Positions 61,886-64,000 of a DNA stretch of 64,000 nt are shown here, one piece after another. The DNA comes from a bacterium (GTDB lineage Bacteria; Actinomycetota; Acidimicrobiia; Spongiisociales; JAENVV01): the NCBI GenBank assembly GCA_024639975.1, contig JAHEFX010000002.1:138-64137 (forward strand), written 5' to 3'. Below the pieces are notes generated by a model. That model made no database searches, was not told where the DNA came from, and was given only the letters and a program-made list of their open reading frames with translations. The translations under genes were made by a program, and so were the position numbers. Each line of letters opens with the position of its first letter. The first letter of the stretch is position 1.

Positions 61886-62520
61886 GCCATCGACCAGAAG
61901 TCGCCGGTCAGGCCGTATCGATCGAAGGTCGCCTCGGCGAGCTCGGGCCCGATCGGCATCCACGCCCGGTCCATCCGTCCCTGGTACCACTCGGCGCTCA
62001 GGTCGTACATCACCTGGACCGGCACCGTCTCGCCTCGCGGGTTGTCGGTGCGCGCCAGCCAATCCTCGAGCTCGGCTTCCGACCGGAAGCCCTGGATGGT
62101 GCCTCAGGTGAAGCCGATGTCCGTCCAGAACTCGCGGGGTGGAACCACGAAGTGGATGATCCCGTCCGGAGCGACCCTGCCGTCCTCCACCGTCCACGCG
62201 GCAACTCCGTCCTTGACCACCCGGCCGTCGCCGAGGAGGGCGAGGATGGCGAAGGCATCCCAGGCGCAGTTGGCATGGATCGTCTTGCCGGCGAGCACGG
62301 CGTCGTAGCCGGTCTCCACGGACGAGAACGGGTGGGCCATCCGGACATGGTCGGGTCGATCGAGCACGACTCGCTGCTCCGACCCGAGGTGCGTGAACGA
62401 GTCGACGACCACCTGCTCGGTGAGGGAGGTGCGCTCGGCGACGGCGGCGGCGGTCGGGTCGACCGTGTCCACGAAGCACTCGTAGATCGCGGATCGGACG
62501 GCCCTGTCGGTGTCGTTCAC
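61882..62520 (-). CDS. MerB-like (alkylmercury lyase family) protein with in-frame UGA (62104..62106), a candidate selenocysteine codon
   Basis: 'HANCAWDAF' matches MerB Cys96-x-x-Asp99. ORF 62104..62520 stops at TGA, yet the same frame continues 73 codons (GTIQGFRSEAELEDWLA...FWSMA*) to TAG 61882. The start GTG 62520 overlaps the pepP stop. Confidence 0.6.
62074..62091 (-). promoter_or_regulatory. Candidate bacterial SECIS hairpin GGCUUCC-GGUC-GGAAGCC
   Basis: It begins 12 nt 3' of the in-frame UGA and has a 7-bp stem with a GGUC apical loop. A possible lower stem pairs AUCC with GGAU. Confidence 0.5.
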
Positions 62521-63857
62521 GCCATCGCTTCTTCGACCTCTGGCTTGGTGCGCGGGATCGGGGGCCCGAGCACCTCGGCACCGTCGACGGTGACCCGGAC
62601 GACGTCCTCGATCCGAACCCCGCCGACGCCGACCCAATCCTCGAGACGCTCCCAGTCCCAGAAGCCGTCGAAGTCGCCGTCGGCCCGGAACCGTTCGATG
62701 AGGGGGCCGATCAGGTAGGCGCCCGGCTCGACGGTGATGACCATTCCCTCGCGGAGGGGCTTGCCGAACCGCAGGTTGGACGGGCCGAAGACGTCGGACC
62801 GGACGAACTCGGCGTCGTAGCCGACGAGGTCCTCGCCCAGGCCCTCCATGTCGTGCACCTCGATGCCGAGCAGGTGGCCCACCCCGTGGGGGAACACCAG
62901 TCCATACGCGCCGTCCTCGGCGGCGGCGTCGAGGTCCCCCCCGCACAGGCCCAGGTCGGCGAAGCCCTCCAGGATCTTCCGCCCGACGGCATGGTGGACG
63001 TCCCGCCAGGCGACACCCGGTCGCATCATTGCGAGGGCAAGGGCCTGGGCATCGAAGACGATGTCGTACAGCGCCTCGGCCCGCCCGTCGAAGGTGCCGG
63101 TGACCGGCATGGTGCGGGTGACGTCCGAGGCGTATCCGCCGTCGGAGGTGACGCCTCCGTCGTGGAGGAGTAGGTCGCCCGCCTCCATCCGGCCGGTCTG
63201 CCCGAACTGGTGGAGGACCTCACCGTGGGTGGTGAAGATCACCGGGTACGCCCATTCCCCACCGGTGCCGGCCACGACTTCCCCGAGGTGGCGGGCGACG
63301 GCGGCCACCTCGCAGCCGGGGGAGATGGCGGCCATGGCGGCGGCGTGTAGTCGGCGGGCGCGCTCGAGGGCCTGGTCGATCTCGGCGATCTCCTCTTCGT
63401 CCTTCACCTCCCGCAGCTGGGCAACGGCCCTGATCAGGTCGTGGGATGGTGCGACGTCACCCAGCAGGTCCTGGAGCTGGTCCCGTTGGCTCGGTCTCGG
63501 GGCGGGGAGGGTGAGTGGGGTGCGTCCGGCGAGGGCGCTCGGCAGGTCCGAGGCCGACCGATACGAGTCGGCCCCGGCGGTGGCCGCCCGCTCGGCGAGC
63601 GGTGGGCGGGGTCCGTGCCAGACGATGTCTTCCAGGTCCGGCTCCACGCCGAACAGCGTCGACTCGCCGGAGGCCGTGTCGACCAGGAGGGCGGCATCCG
63701 GCTCGTCCAATCCGGTGAAGTAGAGGAACGTGGCGTCCTGGCGGAACGGATGGTGGTCGGCCGGGTGGTCCCGGACGGTCGCCGTGTGCCCGAGCAGGAG
63801 CACCAGCGAGTCGGGCAGCAGTTGAGCGAGGCGGGAGCGGCGGCCGCGGTGGTCCAT
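62517..63857 (-). CDS. Xaa-Pro aminopeptidase (M24B family)
   Basis: 'FRQDATFLYFTG', 'GGYASDVTRT', 'HGVGHLLGIEVHD' and 'TVEPG.Y' are present. The ATG lies 7 nt after TACCCT. Confidence 0.88.
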   Translation of the reverse strand: MDHRGRRSRLAQLLPDSLVLLLGHTATVRDHPADHHPFRQDATFLYFTGLDEPDAALLVDTASGESTLFGVEPDLEDIVWHGPRPPLAERAATAGADSYRSASDLPSALAGRTPLTLPAPRPSQRDQLQDLLGDVAPSHDLIRAVAQLREVKDEEEIAEIDQALERARRLHAAAMAAISPGCEVAAVARHLGEVVAGTGGEWAYPVIFTTHGEVLHQFGQTGRMEAGDLLLHDGGVTSDGGYASDVTRTMPVTGTFDGRAEALYDIVFDAQALALAMMRPGVAWRDVHHAVGRKILEGFADLGLCGGDLDAAAEDGAYGLVFPHGVGHLLGIEVHDMEGLGEDLVGYDAEFVRSDVFGPSNLRFGKPLREGMVITVEPGAYLIGPLIERFRADGDFDGFWDWERLEDWVGVGGVRIEDVVRVTVDGAEVLGPPIPRTKPEVEEAMA

Positions 63858-63916
63858 GGACGGAAGGGTAGGGGTCGGATGATGCCGGTTCGGCTGTCGA
63901 GGAATAGGTTGGGGAC

Positions 63917-64000
63917 GTGCTCCACGAACTCCGATCAGAACGTATGGCGAAGACCCTGCTCGGCGCTGTCGTGGTGGTGCTCGGCGCCCAGTCGATGCGG
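63917..64000 (+). CDS. 5' end of an unidentified gene (signal-peptide/TM-like start), truncated by the window edge
   Basis: GTG 63917 lies 6 nt after TAGGTT. An in-frame ATG at 63944 gives 'MAKTLLGAVVVVLGAQ'. Only 28 codons are visible. Confidence 0.35.
   Translation, partial: MLHELRSERMAKTLLGAVVVVLGAQSMR

Noticed and set aside
61184-62581. A 465-aa minus-strand ORF spans the APH-like and MerB-like genes.
   Set aside because: It is out of frame with the MerB-like reading frame and antisense to the APH-like gene. Its translation is Arg/Pro/Gly-rich with no motifs. The recognisable coding frames are 61004..61885(+) and 61882..62520(-).

Overview
This is a high-G+C, gene-dense chromosomal window with actinobacterial character: lipoprotein lipoboxes, many leaderless-type starts, and GC-rich hairpin terminators without U-tracts. 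Most of it is housekeeping. It holds hydantoinase A/B, scattered purine genes (purB, purE-purD-purA, guaB), and a complete phosphate locus (ppk, PHO boxes, pstSCAB-phoU, OmpR-type regulator and histidine kinase). It also holds an AapJQMP-like amino-acid ABC system, three other ABC exporters or transporters, TetR/PadR/XRE/ArsR-type regulators, NfeD-SPFH, acyl-CoA enzymes, thioredoxin, clpB, and two metY paralogs plus metX. No rRNA, tRNA, CRISPR array, transposase or integrase was seen.

The observations most worth follow-up:
1. A MerB-like (alkylmercury-lyase family) gene is interrupted by an in-frame TGA where MerB has its catalytic Cys. A hairpin follows it whose GGUC loop and spacing mimic the E. 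coli fdhF SECIS, so this is a candidate selenoprotein.
2. An in-frame TAG splits the AapQ-like permease.
3. A PadR / (PadR-associated helical module fused to NfeD) / SPFH unit carries a retained internal SD+ATG.
4. Two perfect TGTGA-N6-TCACA (CRP/GlxR-type) sites sit upstream of an uncharacterised membrane protein.
5. A SAM-I-type riboswitch with no P4 hairpin inside the aptamer precedes only one of the two metY copies.
6. Two strongly SD-led micro-ORFs with their own terminator lie between trx and an ABC operon.
7. A recurrent TAnnnT-N6/7-start architecture marks 16 genes as leaderless and helps fix start codons.

All calls rest on reading the sequence and ORF translations by eye. No database search was run.
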